Part shown: positions 54,356 to 64,000 of the stretch, piece by piece
Position numbering within the stretch: the stretch's first letter is position 1
How the letters are laid out: every line of letters begins with the position of its first letter
Source of the DNA: Actinomycetota bacterium
GTDB lineage: Bacteria > Actinomycetota > Acidimicrobiia > IMCC26256 > JAENVU01
Direction of reading: 5' to 3'
DNA: 64,000 bases
NCBI GenBank assembly: GCA_016870395.1
Contig: VGBT01000004.1
Location: 64,013 to 128,012, forward strand
The notes under the pieces: generated by a model
Told to the model about the DNA's origin: nothing
Seen by the model: only the letters and a program-made list of their open reading frames with translations
Databases searched by the model: none
Program-made: the position numbers and the translations under genes

Positions 54356-55162
54356 GTGACCCTGAGCGTCGAGGATCACGTCGCGGCCATCGCCCGCGAC
54401 GGCTACACCATCGTCGAGGACGCGGTCGAGCCCGCGCTGTGCGACGCGCTCGAGACCTCCCTCACCCACCTGGAGCACGAGCTCGACACGGAGCCCGCCA
54501 AGAACTCTTTCGAGGGGTACCGGACGTTGCGCGTGTACAACCTCCTCGCCCGCGACCCCGTGTGGCAGCAGGTTCCCGTGCACGCGCGCATCCTTCCGAT
54601 CGTGGAGGGCGTCCTCGACCGCGGCTGTCTCGTCTCGTCGCTTTCGTCCATCCGGATCCAGCCCGGCGAGGTCGCGCAGCCGCTGCACGCCGACGACCAG
54701 CTCATCCCGCTCGGCAAGCCGCACGTCCCCATCGTGTGCAACTCGATGTGGGCGCTCACCGACTTCACGGAGGCCAACGGCGCGACGCGCATCGTTGCCG
54801 GATCGCACATCGCGGACCACTCCCCCGACTACTGCAGCCATCACTCGTCGATCGCGGCCGAGATGCCCCGGGGCAGCGTGCTCGTGTGGAACGGCTCCGT
54901 ATGGCACGGGGGAGGTGCGAACGAGACCGACGAGGACCGCATCGGGATCGCTATGAATTACTGCGCCGGATTCATCCGCCAGCAGGAGAACCAACAGCTC
55001 GGGATCCCGCGCGACGTCGCCGCGACGTTCACACCTCGACTGCGCGAGCTCGTCGGCTACGGCGTCTACAACATGCTTATCGGCCACATCGACAAGCACA
55101 GCCCTGCCGACCTGCTCGACGGTGCGGTCGGCGACTTGCCGATGGTCTGGGACGCCGTCTAG
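54356..55162 (+). CDS. Phytanoyl-CoA dioxygenase (PhyH) family Fe(II)/2-oxoglutarate oxygenase
   Basis: QPLHADD (HxD), GATRIVAGSH and VWHGGGAN. The GTG start could be 54356 or 54347. Confidence 0.85.
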   Translation: MTLSVEDHVAAIARDGYTIVEDAVEPALCDALETSLTHLEHELDTEPAKNSFEGYRTLRVYNLLARDPVWQQVPVHARILPIVEGVLDRGCLVSSLSSIRIQPGEVAQPLHADDQLIPLGKPHVPIVCNSMWALTDFTEANGATRIVAGSHIADHSPDYCSHHSSIAAEMPRGSVLVWNGSVWHGGGANETDEDRIGIAMNYCAGFIRQQENQQLGIPRDVAATFTPRLRELVGYGVYNMLIGHIDKHSPADLLDGAVGDLPMVWDAV

Positions 55163-55224
55163 CCACATGCCCGACCGTCGGGGCGCAAGGCGATCCACCC
55201 GACTGCCACACCGTGATTGTTGCG

Positions 55225-55247
55225 AGAGGAGCGCTCATCGCTCCTCT
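55225..55247. terminator. 9-bp-stem hairpin between the convergent PhyH and DUF35 genes
   Basis: agaggagcg-ctcat-cgctcctct. Confidence 0.4.
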
Positions 55248-55286
55248 GCGCACAAGCCAGGACGTGTCGTGGCAGACGAGCGTGGC

Positions 55287-55691
55287 TCAGATCGGCGCGA
55301 AGTCGACGAGCGCGACGGCGTCGGAGCGGTGATCGAGGGCAACCTGCACCGGCAGGTCGAGCGCGAGCTCCGACGGCGCGAGGCCGACGAGGTTGCCGAC
55401 CACCCGCGGCCCCTCCTCGAGCTCGACGACCACCACGGCGTACGGCAGCTCGTCGGCGAAGGCCGGGTCGGTCGCTCGATGGGTGACCGTCCACGTGAAC
55501 ACGCGACCTCGACCCGAGACCGACTCCCAGGTCCAGTGCTCCGAGCCGCACGCCGCGCACAGGATCCGGGGTGGATGCCGCCACACCCCGCAGGCACAGC
55601 GCTGCAGGTGCAGCCGGCCGGTCTCGGCCGCCCGCGCGTAGTACTCGCCGCCCAGCCCGCCGGCACCGGGCAGCACCCGCTCGGGCCTCAC
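55287..55691 (-). CDS. DUF35 Zn-ribbon/OB-fold protein
   Basis: LQRCACGVWRHPPRILCAACGS zinc ribbon, followed by GRGRVFTWTV...YAVVVVELEEGPRVVGNL OB-fold. Confidence 0.75.
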   Translation of the reverse strand: MRPERVLPGAGGLGGEYYARAAETGRLHLQRCACGVWRHPPRILCAACGSEHWTWESVSGRGRVFTWTVTHRATDPAFADELPYAVVVVELEEGPRVVGNLVGLAPSELALDLPVQVALDHRSDAVALVDFAPI

Positions 55692-55731
55692 CTGCTCCGC
55701 TCCTGGCCCTGCGGGCCGGGCCGCCGGTGTT

Positions 55732-56919
55732 TCACCGGTCCACCCCCAGGATCGCGATGCTGCCGTCGCCGAAGTCGCCCCAGCCGGTGACCGCACCGAC
55801 CTCGGCACCTGCAACCTGGCGCGCGCCCGTCTCGCCCCGGATCTGTCTCACCGCCTCCACCACGTGGTTCATCCCCCACATGTGGCCCTGCGACAGCAGG
55901 CCGCCGTGGGTATTGACCGGCAGCGCTCCGCCGAGCTCGATGCGCCCGTCGCGTACGAACGCGCCAGCCTCGCCGCGCTCGCACAGGTTCATCGCCTCGA
56001 GCTGGAGGAGCACCACGTAGGTAAAGCAGTCGTACACCTGGGCGAAGTCGAGGTCGGCCGGCGTGACCCCGGCCATCGCGAACGCGCGCGGCGCGGCGTC
56101 GCTGAGCCCGATGTGGAACGGGTCGGGCCGGTTCGCGAGGTCGTCGGCCGGGTAGGGATGCCCCTCCCCCACGCCGAGGATCACGGCCGGCGGGTGGGCG
56201 AGGTCCCGTGCCCGCTCGGTCGTGGTGACCACGACCGCAGCCGCGCAGTCCGTCTCGAGGCAGCAGTCGTAGAGGCGGAACGGCTCGCTGACCCAGTGGG
56301 CAGACAGGTACTCCTCCATCGTGAGCTCGCGCCCGCGCATCAGCGCCTTCTCGTGGAGCTGCGCGTGCCGCCGGCACGCGAGCGCCACCGCCCCGGTGTC
56401 GGTGGGGAGCGTCCCGTAGAGCTGCTGGTGGCGCATCGCGATCCACCCGTAGAACTGCGCCGCCGAGCGCGCCCCGTAGGGCAGGTAGAAGTCGACGACC
56501 ACGTCGGCGACCGCGTTGGCGTCCATCCCCCGCCTCGGCACGCGGGCCCCTGAGCGCGGGCGGAACGCGGAGTAGCCGTTCCAGCCGACGACGACGAGCA
56601 CGTGGCGGGCGAGGCCCGCGCTCACCGCCATCGCGGCGCTCTGGAGGGCCGCCGTCGACGACGCACCGCCCATGTGCACCGTCGCGGAGTAGGCCACCGG
56701 CGCGATGCCGAGGTTCGCCGCGAGCTCCTCGACGGTGGTGTAGCCCGGCGGCGGCATGACGCCGTCGATGTCGGCGACGGTGAGACCCGCGTCGGCGATT
56801 GCCGCGCGGGCTGCGTCGAGCATCAGCTCCACGGGCAGGCGCTCGGAGCCGCGTACGTAGTCGGTCTCTGCGACCCCGCAAATCGCGGCCGCGCCGGCCA
56901 GTGTCCCGGGGTCACCCAC
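55732..56919 (-). CDS. SCP-x/Ltp-type thiolase-fold protein (non-specific lipid-transfer-protein-like)
   Basis: [35 protein letters not shown] and [14 protein letters not shown] start at 56919. Confidence 0.85.
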   Translation of the reverse strand: MGDPGTLAGAAAICGVAETDYVRGSERLPVELMLDAARAAIADAGLTVADIDGVMPPPGYTTVEELAANLGIAPVAYSATVHMGGASSTAALQSAAMAVSAGLARHVLVVVGWNGYSAFRPRSGARVPRRGMDANAVADVVVDFYLPYGARSAAQFYGWIAMRHQQLYGTLPTDTGAVALACRRHAQLHEKALMRGRELTMEEYLSAHWVSEPFRLYDCCLETDCAAAVVVTTTERARDLAHPPAVILGVGEGHPYPADDLANRPDPFHIGLSDAAPRAFAMAGVTPADLDFAQVYDCFTYVVLLQLEAMNLCERGEAGAFVRDGRIELGGALPVNTHGGLLSQGHMWGMNHVVEAVRQIRGETGARQVAGAEVGAVTGWGDFGDGSIAILGVDR

Positions 56920-56949
56920 GGGCGCAAGGTAGCGCGCCAGACTAAGGGC

Positions 56950-57690
56950 ATGACGACCATCCTGGGCATAGACATCGGCGGCACCGGCATCAAGGGAGCG
57001 CCCGTCGACCTCGAACGCGGCGAGCTGTCGGAGGATCGCCTCCGCATCCCGACGCCGGAAGGCGGATCGCCCGGCGACGTCGCGCGCGTCGTCGCCGAGG
57101 TGGCCGCTCACTTCGACGTCGACGGCCCGATCGGCTGCACGTTCCCGGCCGTCATCCGTCGGGGCGTCGCACTGACGGCCGCCAACGTCGACAACGCCTG
57201 GATCGGCAACGACGCTCAGGCGCTGTTCACCGGGGAGACCGGACGGCCGGTGACCGTCGTCAACGACGCCGACGCGGCCGGGCTGGCAGAGATGCAGTAC
57301 GGCGCAGGCAAGGGCCGCAGCGGCACCGTCGTCATGTTGACGCTGGGCACCGGCATCGGCAGCGCGGTGTTCACCGACGGGCGGCTCGTGCCCAACACCG
57401 AGTTCGGCCATCTCGACATCCGCGGCAAAGCCGCCGAGCGTCGCGCGTCGGAGAAGGCCCGGGAGGACCACGACCTGTCTTGGGAGCGCTGGGCACAGCG
57501 GCTCAACGAGGTGCTCACCCACCTCGAGGCGCTGCTGTGGCCCGACCTGTTCGTCGTGGGCGGCGGAGTGAGCAAGAAGCACGACCAGTTCCTGCACCTG
57601 CTCGAAACTCGCGCCGAGGTCGTCCCGGCCCAGCTGCTCAACCAGGCAGGCATCGTGGGAGCGGCACTCGCCGCTCGGGGACGCGCCTAA
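56950..57690 (+). CDS. ppgK: ROK family polyphosphate/ATP glucokinase
   Basis: [41 protein letters not shown] and EFGHL. Confidence 0.85.
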   Translation: MTTILGIDIGGTGIKGAPVDLERGELSEDRLRIPTPEGGSPGDVARVVAEVAAHFDVDGPIGCTFPAVIRRGVALTAANVDNAWIGNDAQALFTGETGRPVTVVNDADAAGLAEMQYGAGKGRSGTVVMLTLGTGIGSAVFTDGRLVPNTEFGHLDIRGKAAERRASEKAREDHDLSWERWAQRLNEVLTHLEALLWPDLFVVGGGVSKKHDQFLHLLETRAEVVPAQLLNQAGIVGAALAARGRA

Positions 57691-57735
57691 AGTTCGCGTA
57701 CCCTGGATCGACCAGAGCTGCCGAGGGGGAACACC

Positions 57736-59235
57736 ATGGCCCAGCACGTCGTCGCAACCACGCACGGGAAGGTGCGCGGTACCGAGCGCAACGGCATCCA
57801 TCGTTTCCTGGGAATCCCCTTCGCGGCCCCGCCGATCGGGCCACTTCGGTGCCGTCCGCCGGCTGCGCCCCAGCCCTGGGACGACGTGCTTGACGCCACC
57901 GCCGCGGGGCCGGTCGCCCCCCAGCCCGAGTCGCCGCTCGAGAAGATGCTCGGCGCGCCGACGCCCGACTGGGACGAGGCCGGCTGCCTCACGCTCAACG
58001 TCTGGACGCCCGCGCTCGACGAAACGCGTCGGCCGGTCATGGTCTGGATCCACGGCGGCGCGTTTGTGAACGGCGCCGGCTCGAGCCCTATCTACGACGG
58101 CACCCGCTTTGTCGAGCACGGCGACGTCGTGATCGTGACGGTCAACTACCGCCTCGGTGCGTTCGGATTCCTGCACCTCGAGGAGATCCTCGGCGTGGAG
58201 TGTGCCGGCTCCGGGGTGGCCGGAATCCTCGACCAGGTCGCGGCGCTCGAGTGGGTCCGCGACAACATCGCCGCGTTCGGTGGTGACCCCGGCTGCGTCA
58301 CGATCTTCGGCGAGTCGGCCGGGGGCATGAGCGTGGGCACCCTCCTCGGGATGCCCGCCGCGGAGGGCCTCTACCACCGGGCCATCGTCCAGTCGGGCTC
58401 GTCGGTCTTCGCGACTCCGGCCGACCGGGCGAGCGCGACGGCCCGCGAGGTGCTGGAGCTCGCCGACATCCACACGCTCGCCGAGCTCGAGGCCGCGCCG
58501 GCCGAGCGGCTGCTCGAGGCGCAGAGCACCCTGATGGCGCGCGGTCTGCGCACGGAGCTGCCGTTTATGACGGAGCTGCCGTTTATGCCTGTCGTCGACG
58601 GCACGTACCTACCGGCGCTGCCCCAGGCGACGATCGCCGCGGGACGGACCGGCGCCGTGCCCACGATGGTCGGCACGACGCTCGACGAGATGACGTTGTT
58701 CCTGGTGCTCGACCTCGGCGCCGGGGAGCCCGACTCCGCGGCCATCGCGAACCAGATGGAGCGCGTCTTCGGCGAAGGCAGCGAGATTGCGCTCTCCACC
58801 TACCAGGCGAACCGACCGGGAGCGTCGCTCAAGGACATCCTCGTCGCGGTCGCCACCGACCGCGTCTTCCGGATCCCCGCGATCCGCCTCGCCGAGGCGC
58901 AGGGCGCCCTCGGCCGCGACGCCTTCATGTACCTGTTCACCTGGGCGACACCGGTGTTCGACGGCCTGCTCAAGAGCTGCCACGCCTTGGAGCTGCCGTT
59001 CGTCTGGGACGCGCTCGACCGGCTCGGGCTGTCGGTGCTCACCGGCGACGGACCCGAGCGCCAGGCGATCGCCGACGACATGCACGCGGGGTGGATCCGC
59101 TTCGCGCGCACCGGCGACCCGGGCTGGCCCGCATACGACGTCGAGCGGCGTGCGACTCGACGCTTCGATGTCACCCCCGAGATCCTCGACGACCCCTCGG
59201 GCGACGAGCGCGCCCTCTGGGCCGCCATCGTCTGA
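57736..59235 (+). CDS. Type-B carboxylesterase/lipase family protein
   Basis: [18 protein letters not shown] and the FGESAGG nucleophile elbow. Confidence 0.9.
   Translation: MAQHVVATTHGKVRGTERNGIHRFLGIPFAAPPIGPLRCRPPAAPQPWDDVLDATAAGPVAPQPESPLEKMLGAPTPDWDEAGCLTLNVWTPALDETRRPVMVWIHGGAFVNGAGSSPIYDGTRFVEHGDVVIVTVNYRLGAFGFLHLEEILGVECAGSGVAGILDQVAALEWVRDNIAAFGGDPGCVTIFGESAGGMSVGTLLGMPAAEGLYHRAIVQSGSSVFATPADRASATAREVLELADIHTLAELEAAPAERLLEAQSTLMARGLRTELPFMTELPFMPVVDGTYLPALPQATIAAGRTGAVPTMVGTTLDEMTLFLVLDLGAGEPDSAAIANQMERVFGEGSEIALSTYQANRPGASLKDILVAVATDRVFRIPAIRLAEAQGALGRDAFMYLFTWATPVFDGLLKSCHALELPFVWDALDRLGLSVLTGDGPERQAIADDMHAGWIRFARTGDPGWPAYDVERRATRRFDVTPEILDDPSGDERALWAAIV
58552..58587 (+). repeat. 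Exact 18-bp tandem duplication inside the carboxylesterase gene
   Basis: acggagctgccgtttatg occurs twice in tandem and encodes [12 protein letters not shown] in frame. Confidence 0.9.
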
Positions 59236-59239
59236 CCCC

Positions 59240-59274
59240 ACCGTTCTCGGAACGGTTCGGGCCCCTATAGGGCC
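59240..59274. terminator. Two short hairpins between the convergent esterase and SDR genes
   Basis: accgttc-tcg-gaacggt, then ggccc-ctata-gggcc. Confidence 0.35.
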
Positions 59275-59305
59275 TCCATCGTGCCGAGATGCCGGGCGGG
59301 TGCGG

Positions 59306-60067
59306 CTACTGGACCACCGAGCCGCCGTCGACAGCCATCGCGTGCCCGACCACGAAGCTCGCCGCGTCGGAACACAGCCACGCGATCGCCGACGCGATCT
59401 CCTCGGGCCGGCCCAGCCGCCCGAGCGGCACCGACGCGCGGATCATCTTCTCCACCTTCTCGTCGCCCGCCATGAACGCCTCGAGCATCGGGGTGCGGGT
59501 GCTCCCCGGACACACGCAGTTGACCCGCACCCCGACCCGGGCGTACTCGAGCCCTGCCGCCCGGGTGAGTCCCACGACGCCGTGCTTGCTCGCCACATAC
59601 GCAGGCAGGCCCGCGAACCCCACCAGCCCCGCACCCGACGCCACGTTGACGATTGCCCCACCGCCGCGAGCCAGCATTGCGGGGATCTCGGTGCGTATGC
59701 AGTAGAAGACCGCGTCGAGGTTCACCGCCATCGTGGCGCGCCACGCGTCGACGGCGTAGTCAGCCGTGAGCGCGCCCGGGCCCGTCGTACCCGCGTTGTT
59801 CACCGCCACGTCGAGACCGCCGAGCGTCTCGAGGGCGGTCGCGACCATGCGCTCGACCGCGTCGAGATCGGTGACGTCCACCTGGTGCGCGACGGCGTCG
59901 ACCCCCGCCTCACGTGCCAGTGCCGCCGTGTCCTCGGCGGTCGCGAGATCCCGGTCGGCGATCACCACCGACGCGCCGCGGCCGGCGAGCTCCAGCACCG
60001 TGGCGCGACCGAGTCCCGAACCGCCGCCCGTCACCAGGGCCACCCGACCGTCGAAGTCGTGGGTCAT
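59306..60067 (-). CDS. SDR family oxidoreductase
   Basis: Motifs VALVTGGGSGLG, NNAG, YVASKHG and CPG. Confidence 0.9.
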   Translation of the reverse strand: MTHDFDGRVALVTGGGSGLGRATVLELAGRGASVVIADRDLATAEDTAALAREAGVDAVAHQVDVTDLDAVERMVATALETLGGLDVAVNNAGTTGPGALTADYAVDAWRATMAVNLDAVFYCIRTEIPAMLARGGGAIVNVASGAGLVGFAGLPAYVASKHGVVGLTRAAGLEYARVGVRVNCVCPGSTRTPMLEAFMAGDEKVEKMIRASVPLGRLGRPEEIASAIAWLCSDAASFVVGHAMAVDGGSVVQ

Positions 60068-60864
60068 CCGAAGTACTCACCTCCGTTGACGTCGAGCGAC
60101 TGACCCGTGACCATCCGCGACATCCCCGACGCGAAGAACACGATCGCCTCGGCGATGTCCTCCTGTGGCGGGACCTCGCCGAGCGGGATGTGCTCGGTGA
60201 TCTCCGCGATTGCCGCCTCGGGCGTCACGCCCCGGGACTGCACCTGCCAGTCGACGTACATCTGGACGTTCGGTCCCCAGATCCAGCCCGGGACCACCGC
60301 GTTGACCCGGATGCGATCGGTTGCGAGCTCGATCGCGAGCGACTTCGTGGCGGTGAGCAGGGCCCCCTTCGAGGCCGCGTAGCCACCCTCGTTGGGACGG
60401 ATCTTCCTCGCGCTCATCGACGCCACCATCACGACCGACCCACCACCACCCGCACGCAGCGCGGGCACGCACGCCTGGGTCATGCGCAGCGATCCCCACA
60501 GGTTGACTTCGAACACCTTCTTCCACTGGTCGAGGTCCACGCCGGCGAACGGCTCGAACGAGTCGCCGCGAAACGCGCTGTTGACCAGCACGTCGATGCC
60601 GCCGAGCTCACCGACCACGATGTCCGCGACGCGGGCACAGTCTTCGGGTTCCACCACGCTGGCCGCGATGGGCACCGCCTTCCCGCTGGCGGCCCGGATC
60701 TCGTCAGCAACCTCACGCACCCGCGCCTCGGTTCGGGCCACGAGCCCGACTGCCGCGCCCTCGCGGGCCAGCGCGAGCGCGGTGGCGCGCCCCAGCCCGG
60801 GTCCGACGCCGGTGACCACGGCCACCCGCCCCTGGAGCAGCCCGGCACCACTCGCATCCGTCAC
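60064..60864 (-). CDS. SDR family oxidoreductase
   Basis: VAVVTGVGPGLG, YAASKGA and NAVVPG. ATGA overlap with the downstream SDR gene. Confidence 0.88.
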   Translation of the reverse strand: MTDASGAGLLQGRVAVVTGVGPGLGRATALALAREGAAVGLVARTEARVREVADEIRAASGKAVPIAASVVEPEDCARVADIVVGELGGIDVLVNSAFRGDSFEPFAGVDLDQWKKVFEVNLWGSLRMTQACVPALRAGGGGSVVMVASMSARKIRPNEGGYAASKGALLTATKSLAIELATDRIRVNAVVPGWIWGPNVQMYVDWQVQSRGVTPEAAIAEITEHIPLGEVPPQEDIAEAIVFFASGMSRMVTGQSLDVNGGEYFG

Positions 60865-61205
60865 GTGAGATCCAGCTCGTTGAAGCCCTCGAGATCGCTC
60901 TCACGCCGCGACGACTGCGATCGGCTGCGTCGCCCGAGCACGTGCGCGAGCTCCGCGGTGGCGAACAGGATCGACGCGGCAATGCAGGCCGGCCCGGCCG
61001 CGAGAAGGAAGAAGAGCCAGTTGAACCCGGTCCCGCCGCCCTCGGGGACCGCGGTGTAGTTGACGATCCTCACACCCTCCGGCGCGAGCGAGGTGCTGGT
61101 GCCGATACGGACCCCGAGCACGAGCCCGAGCCCGACGCCGACCACGAGCACGAGGACTGCCACCGCGCGCAACCGCGCCGACCTCGACTTCGAGATCGTG
61201 CTCAT
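60861..61205 (-). CDS. Small hypothetical membrane protein
   Basis: 114 aa with two TM segments. Strong GGGGAGGA RBS before ATG 61205. GTGA-type overlap with the downstream SDR gene. Confidence 0.55.
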   Translation of the reverse strand: MSTISKSRSARLRAVAVLVLVVGVGLGLVLGVRIGTSTSLAPEGVRIVNYTAVPEGGGTGFNWLFFLLAAGPACIAASILFATAELAHVLGRRSRSQSSRRESDLEGFNELDLT

Positions 61206-61352
61206 CGTTCCTCCCCTGCAACGCCGTGCACAGACTGGCCACCGACCCTTCAGCGACCGCTCACCTGCCACCGTCGGACCACCTAACGTGGCCCGAGGGC
61301 CCGCCAGGCTCTCAGGTTCCACCCCGTCCCGGCAACCTCCGAGAGGATCTCG

Positions 61353-62066
61353 ATGATCAAGCGCATCGCCTTCGTCCGTCGGAACCCGGCGCTGTCGGCC
61401 GACGAGTTCCACGAGCGCTGGCGCGGACCTCATGCGGAGCTCGCCCGGGAGAACCCCGCCGACGCCGACCACCTGCTCCGATACGAGCAGCACCGGCGCA
61501 CACCCCGCGACTACGAACGCCCCGACGCCCCGTGGGACGGCGTGGCGATCCAGTGGTGGGACTCGCTCGACGGCTTCCGCCGCGCCCGGGCCGACCCTCG
61601 CCGCGCCCCCATCGCGGGGGACGCCGCCGGCCTGTTCGCCCCCGACGGCATCCTCGAGGTGCTCACCGAGACCGAGCGCGAGGTGATCCCGGGACCACTC
61701 CCACGTCCCGACCGGGTCACGAAGCTGGTCTGCGGCGTGCGACACCGGTCCGACATGGACGTCGACGCGTTCCACCGCTACTGGTGGGACGTGCACGGAC
61801 CGATCAACCGCGACACGCCGGCGGTCGCCCGGTACCTGCTCCGCTACGAGCAGAACCACCGCCTCCCAGACGACTACGCCCGTCCCGGTTGCGACCTCGA
61901 CGGCGTGACCGTGGAGTGGTTCCGCAGCGCCCGCGACTTCTTCGCGATGGCGATCGACCCTGAGAGCCGCGACACCATCCGCGCCGACGAGGAGAAGTTC
62001 CTCGACACCGATCGGCTCGTCTGGGTCCTCACCGGACCGGAACACGTCGTCCTCGACCGCACCTGA
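61353..62066 (+). CDS. Tandem EthD-domain protein
   Basis: Two repeats of the pattern [IK]xxFVRRxP..S.DEFHxxWxxxHG...W. Confidence 0.7.
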   Translation: MIKRIAFVRRNPALSADEFHERWRGPHAELARENPADADHLLRYEQHRRTPRDYERPDAPWDGVAIQWWDSLDGFRRARADPRRAPIAGDAAGLFAPDGILEVLTETEREVIPGPLPRPDRVTKLVCGVRHRSDMDVDAFHRYWWDVHGPINRDTPAVARYLLRYEQNHRLPDDYARPGCDLDGVTVEWFRSARDFFAMAIDPESRDTIRADEEKFLDTDRLVWVLTGPEHVVLDRT

Positions 62067-62103
62067 GCGACCCGCCGCATTCGCCACGAGGGCAGGCCCG
62101 CGA

Positions 62104-63141
62104 CTACAGGCAGAGCTCGGCCATGGTGCGAAGAGTCGCCGCGTCGCCGTAGAGCAGGATCTGGGTCACGCAGGACTCGCGCCAGCGCTCGAGGTCGTCG
62201 CGGATCTTCTCCTTCGGCCCGATCAGCGCCGTCTCCTCGATCAGCGACATCGGGACCCTGGCGGCCGCCTCCTCCTTCTTCCCGGCGAGGTAGAGGTCCT
62301 GGATCTCACGCGCCTCGGCTTCATAGCCCATCCGGCCGAACACGTTGGCGTGGAAGTTCACCTCGCGGGCGCCCATGCCCCCGATGTAGAGGGCGAGCAC
62401 CGGGCGCAGGAACGACGCGGCCTCCTCGACGTCGTCGTGCACGATCACCGGGACGGTCGCCGCGACCTCGAAGTCCTCGAAACTGCGCCGGGCACCCGGG
62501 CGGGCGAAGCCCTCGGCGAGCGCCTCGCGATAGAACCCGTCGACCTTCGGGGAGAAGTAGATGGCCAGCCAGCCGTCGGCGATCTCGGCCGTCAGCGCGA
62601 CGTTCTTCGGGCCCTCGGACGCGAGGTAGATCGGCAGGTCCTCGCGCAGGGGATGGGTGATCGACTTCACCGCCTTCCCGAGGCCGGTGCCACCGGGGAA
62701 CGGGAGCGTGTAGTGCTCGCCCGCGAAGGTGACCGGCTCGTCGCGCGCCAGGATCTTGCGGATGATCGCCACGTACTCCCGGGTCCGGGCGAGCGGCTTG
62801 CCGTAGGGCTGGCCGTACCAGCCCTCCACCACCTGAGGGCCCGAGGCGCCGAGGCCCAGGATGAAGCGGCCGTTCGAGAGGTGGTCCATGGTGATCGCGG
62901 CCATCGCGGTGGCGGTGGGCGTGCGGGCCGACATCTGCACGATCGACGTGCCGAGCTGGATGCGGCTGGTCTGCGACCCCCACCACGCGAGCGGCGTGAG
63001 CGCGTCGGACCCGTAGGCCTCGGCGCTCCACGCCGACGTGTACCCGAGACGCTCGGCCTCCGCGAGCAGCTCCGGCACGTTCGCCGGGGGCTGCGCGCCC
63101 CAGTAGCCGATCATGAACCCGAGCTTCAGCGCCTTGGACAT
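62104..63141 (-). CDS. LLM-class F420-dependent oxidoreductase
   Basis: LKLGFMIGYWG, SAWSAEAYGSDA and MDHLSNGRFILGLGASGPQVVEGWYG. Confidence 0.9.
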   Translation of the reverse strand: MSKALKLGFMIGYWGAQPPANVPELLAEAERLGYTSAWSAEAYGSDALTPLAWWGSQTSRIQLGTSIVQMSARTPTATAMAAITMDHLSNGRFILGLGASGPQVVEGWYGQPYGKPLARTREYVAIIRKILARDEPVTFAGEHYTLPFPGGTGLGKAVKSITHPLREDLPIYLASEGPKNVALTAEIADGWLAIYFSPKVDGFYREALAEGFARPGARRSFEDFEVAATVPVIVHDDVEEAASFLRPVLALYIGGMGAREVNFHANVFGRMGYEAEAREIQDLYLAGKKEEAAARVPMSLIEETALIGPKEKIRDDLERWRESCVTQILLYGDAATLRTMAELCL

Positions 63142-63169
63142 CCGGCGATCCTAGCGACGCCCGATCGGG

Positions 63170-63805
63170 TCACTCCGGGGTGTGCGCCCCCGCGTCGAGC
63201 ACCGCCGCGAGGATCCGCTCGGCTGCCACCGGGTCCTCGGTGACGTGGAACACCCCGTCGCGCTGCTCGATGTGCAGGCTCGGGCAGAACCAACCTTCGC
63301 CGCCCACGAAGAAGTGCGGGGAGCCCAGGACCCCGCGGGCGCGCCCCGCGTCGTAGTCGACCCGCACCAGCGCCTCGCGCTCAGCCGGGCTCGCCGGCTC
63401 GACGCCGGCGCGCGCGGCCACCGACGCGAGCACCGCGTCATCGGCGATGTCGCGGCCTCGCTCGAACAGCTCGTCACGCAGGAGCAGGCTCACCATCTCA
63501 CCCCGCTCGGCCCCCAGGCGGTACGCGGCCGCGGCGAGGGCCAGTGCCGGGATCGAGGTCGACGGGAACCGCGCTGCAGAGAATCCGCGCAACAACCCCG
63601 GTGCCACCTGCTCCCGCAGCGCGGTGACCTCGCGGGCCACGTGGTCCGCGTCGAGGGGCGCGCCGTTGACCCACTCCAGCGGCCATGCCCGGCAGACGAG
63701 CCGGACGCCTTCCACGCCTCGGGCTCGTCGCGCCGCCACGATCCGACGCAGACCCACGTGGGTGAACGGACAGCAGACGTCGGCGAAGACCTCGATGGTG
63801 CTCAT
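63170..63805 (-). CDS. DsbA-fold thioredoxin-like protein (HCCA-isomerase/FrnE-like)
   Basis: N-terminal IEVFADVCCPFTH motif; 211 aa. Confidence 0.7.
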   Translation of the reverse strand: MSTIEVFADVCCPFTHVGLRRIVAARRARGVEGVRLVCRAWPLEWVNGAPLDADHVAREVTALREQVAPGLLRGFSAARFPSTSIPALALAAAAYRLGAERGEMVSLLLRDELFERGRDIADDAVLASVAARAGVEPASPAEREALVRVDYDAGRARGVLGSPHFFVGGEGWFCPSLHIEQRDGVFHVTEDPVAAERILAAVLDAGAHTPE

Positions 63806-64000
63806 GCGAGGCTCACCCGGCCCGATGCGCGCGTCTGGCCCCCGACCTGGAACCAGACCGCGAAGCTGTTCTCCCCGTCGACCACGACCAGCTCCGGGCG
63901 CTCGCCGGGGTCGATGCCGCCGCGGAACTCGATCTCTGCGGCGGTGATGCGCGCCGCGGGGGCGCGTGCGGCGAGCACGTCCTCCACCGCGACCCAGTAG
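63802..64000 (-). CDS. Hypothetical protein, C-terminal fragment (gene continues beyond the window end)
   Basis: The frame stays open to position 64000 (..YWVAVEDVLAARAPAARITAAEIEFRGG...). ATGA overlap with the DsbA-like start. Confidence 0.4.
   Translation of the reverse strand, partial: YWVAVEDVLAARAPAARITAAEIEFRGGIDPGERPELVVVDGENSFAVWFQVGGQTRASGRVSLA

Noticed and set aside
1-64000. Mobile genetic elements, prophage, defence islands, CRISPR arrays, tRNA/rRNA genes
   Set aside because: No transposase, integrase, recombinase, phage structural, restriction-modification, toxin-antitoxin or Cas-like translation appeared in any frame of the ORF track. Intergenic regions are short and none resembles a tRNA cloverleaf or a repeat-spacer array.

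Overview
Very GC-rich, gene-dense chromosomal segment of actinobacterial type. Evidence for that: F420/LLM oxidoreductases, DUF35 plus SCP-x thiolase, a KstR-like box, many ATGA/GTGA start-stop overlaps, and leaderless-looking starts. The phylum-level guess is inference only. I call about 68 protein-coding loci. Nearly all are catabolic or redox enzymes: 3 acyl-CoA synthetases, 8 SDRs, 4 luciferase-like (LLM) oxidoreductases, 2 thiolases, crotonases, a P450, an aldehyde dehydrogenase, amidohydrolases, and a GntR-linked aromatic ring-cleavage cluster. There is also one unusual branched-chain-amino-acid-type ABC transporter operon behind a TetR regulator and a haloalkane dehalogenase. I recognised no rRNA, tRNA, CRISPR array, transposase, integrase, phage gene or known defence gene. 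I do not see a convincing novel multi-gene system. The items most worth a second look are: (1) an ~82-nt intergenic element family (3 full copies, 1 partial) whose 9-nt terminal inverted repeats covary; (2) a 47-nt perfect-hairpin element present twice, with three compensatory base-pair changes; (3) an unusually high load of decayed genes, 8-9 loci, with in-frame TGA, TAG and TAA stops, frameshifts, internal deletions and a deletion fusion; two of these carry palindromic junctions or insertions, and one is flanked by direct repeats of a neighbouring gene's 3' end; (4) a 1004-aa MFS + LivF-like + LivG-like triple fusion next to a fused LivH/LivM permease; (5) regulatory palindromes, namely a 13/14 match to the KstR operator consensus and a shared ATCTrACG-N3-CGTCAGAT site in front of two unlinked operons. 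All calls rest on reading the translations and the DNA by eye. No database search or folding computation was run.
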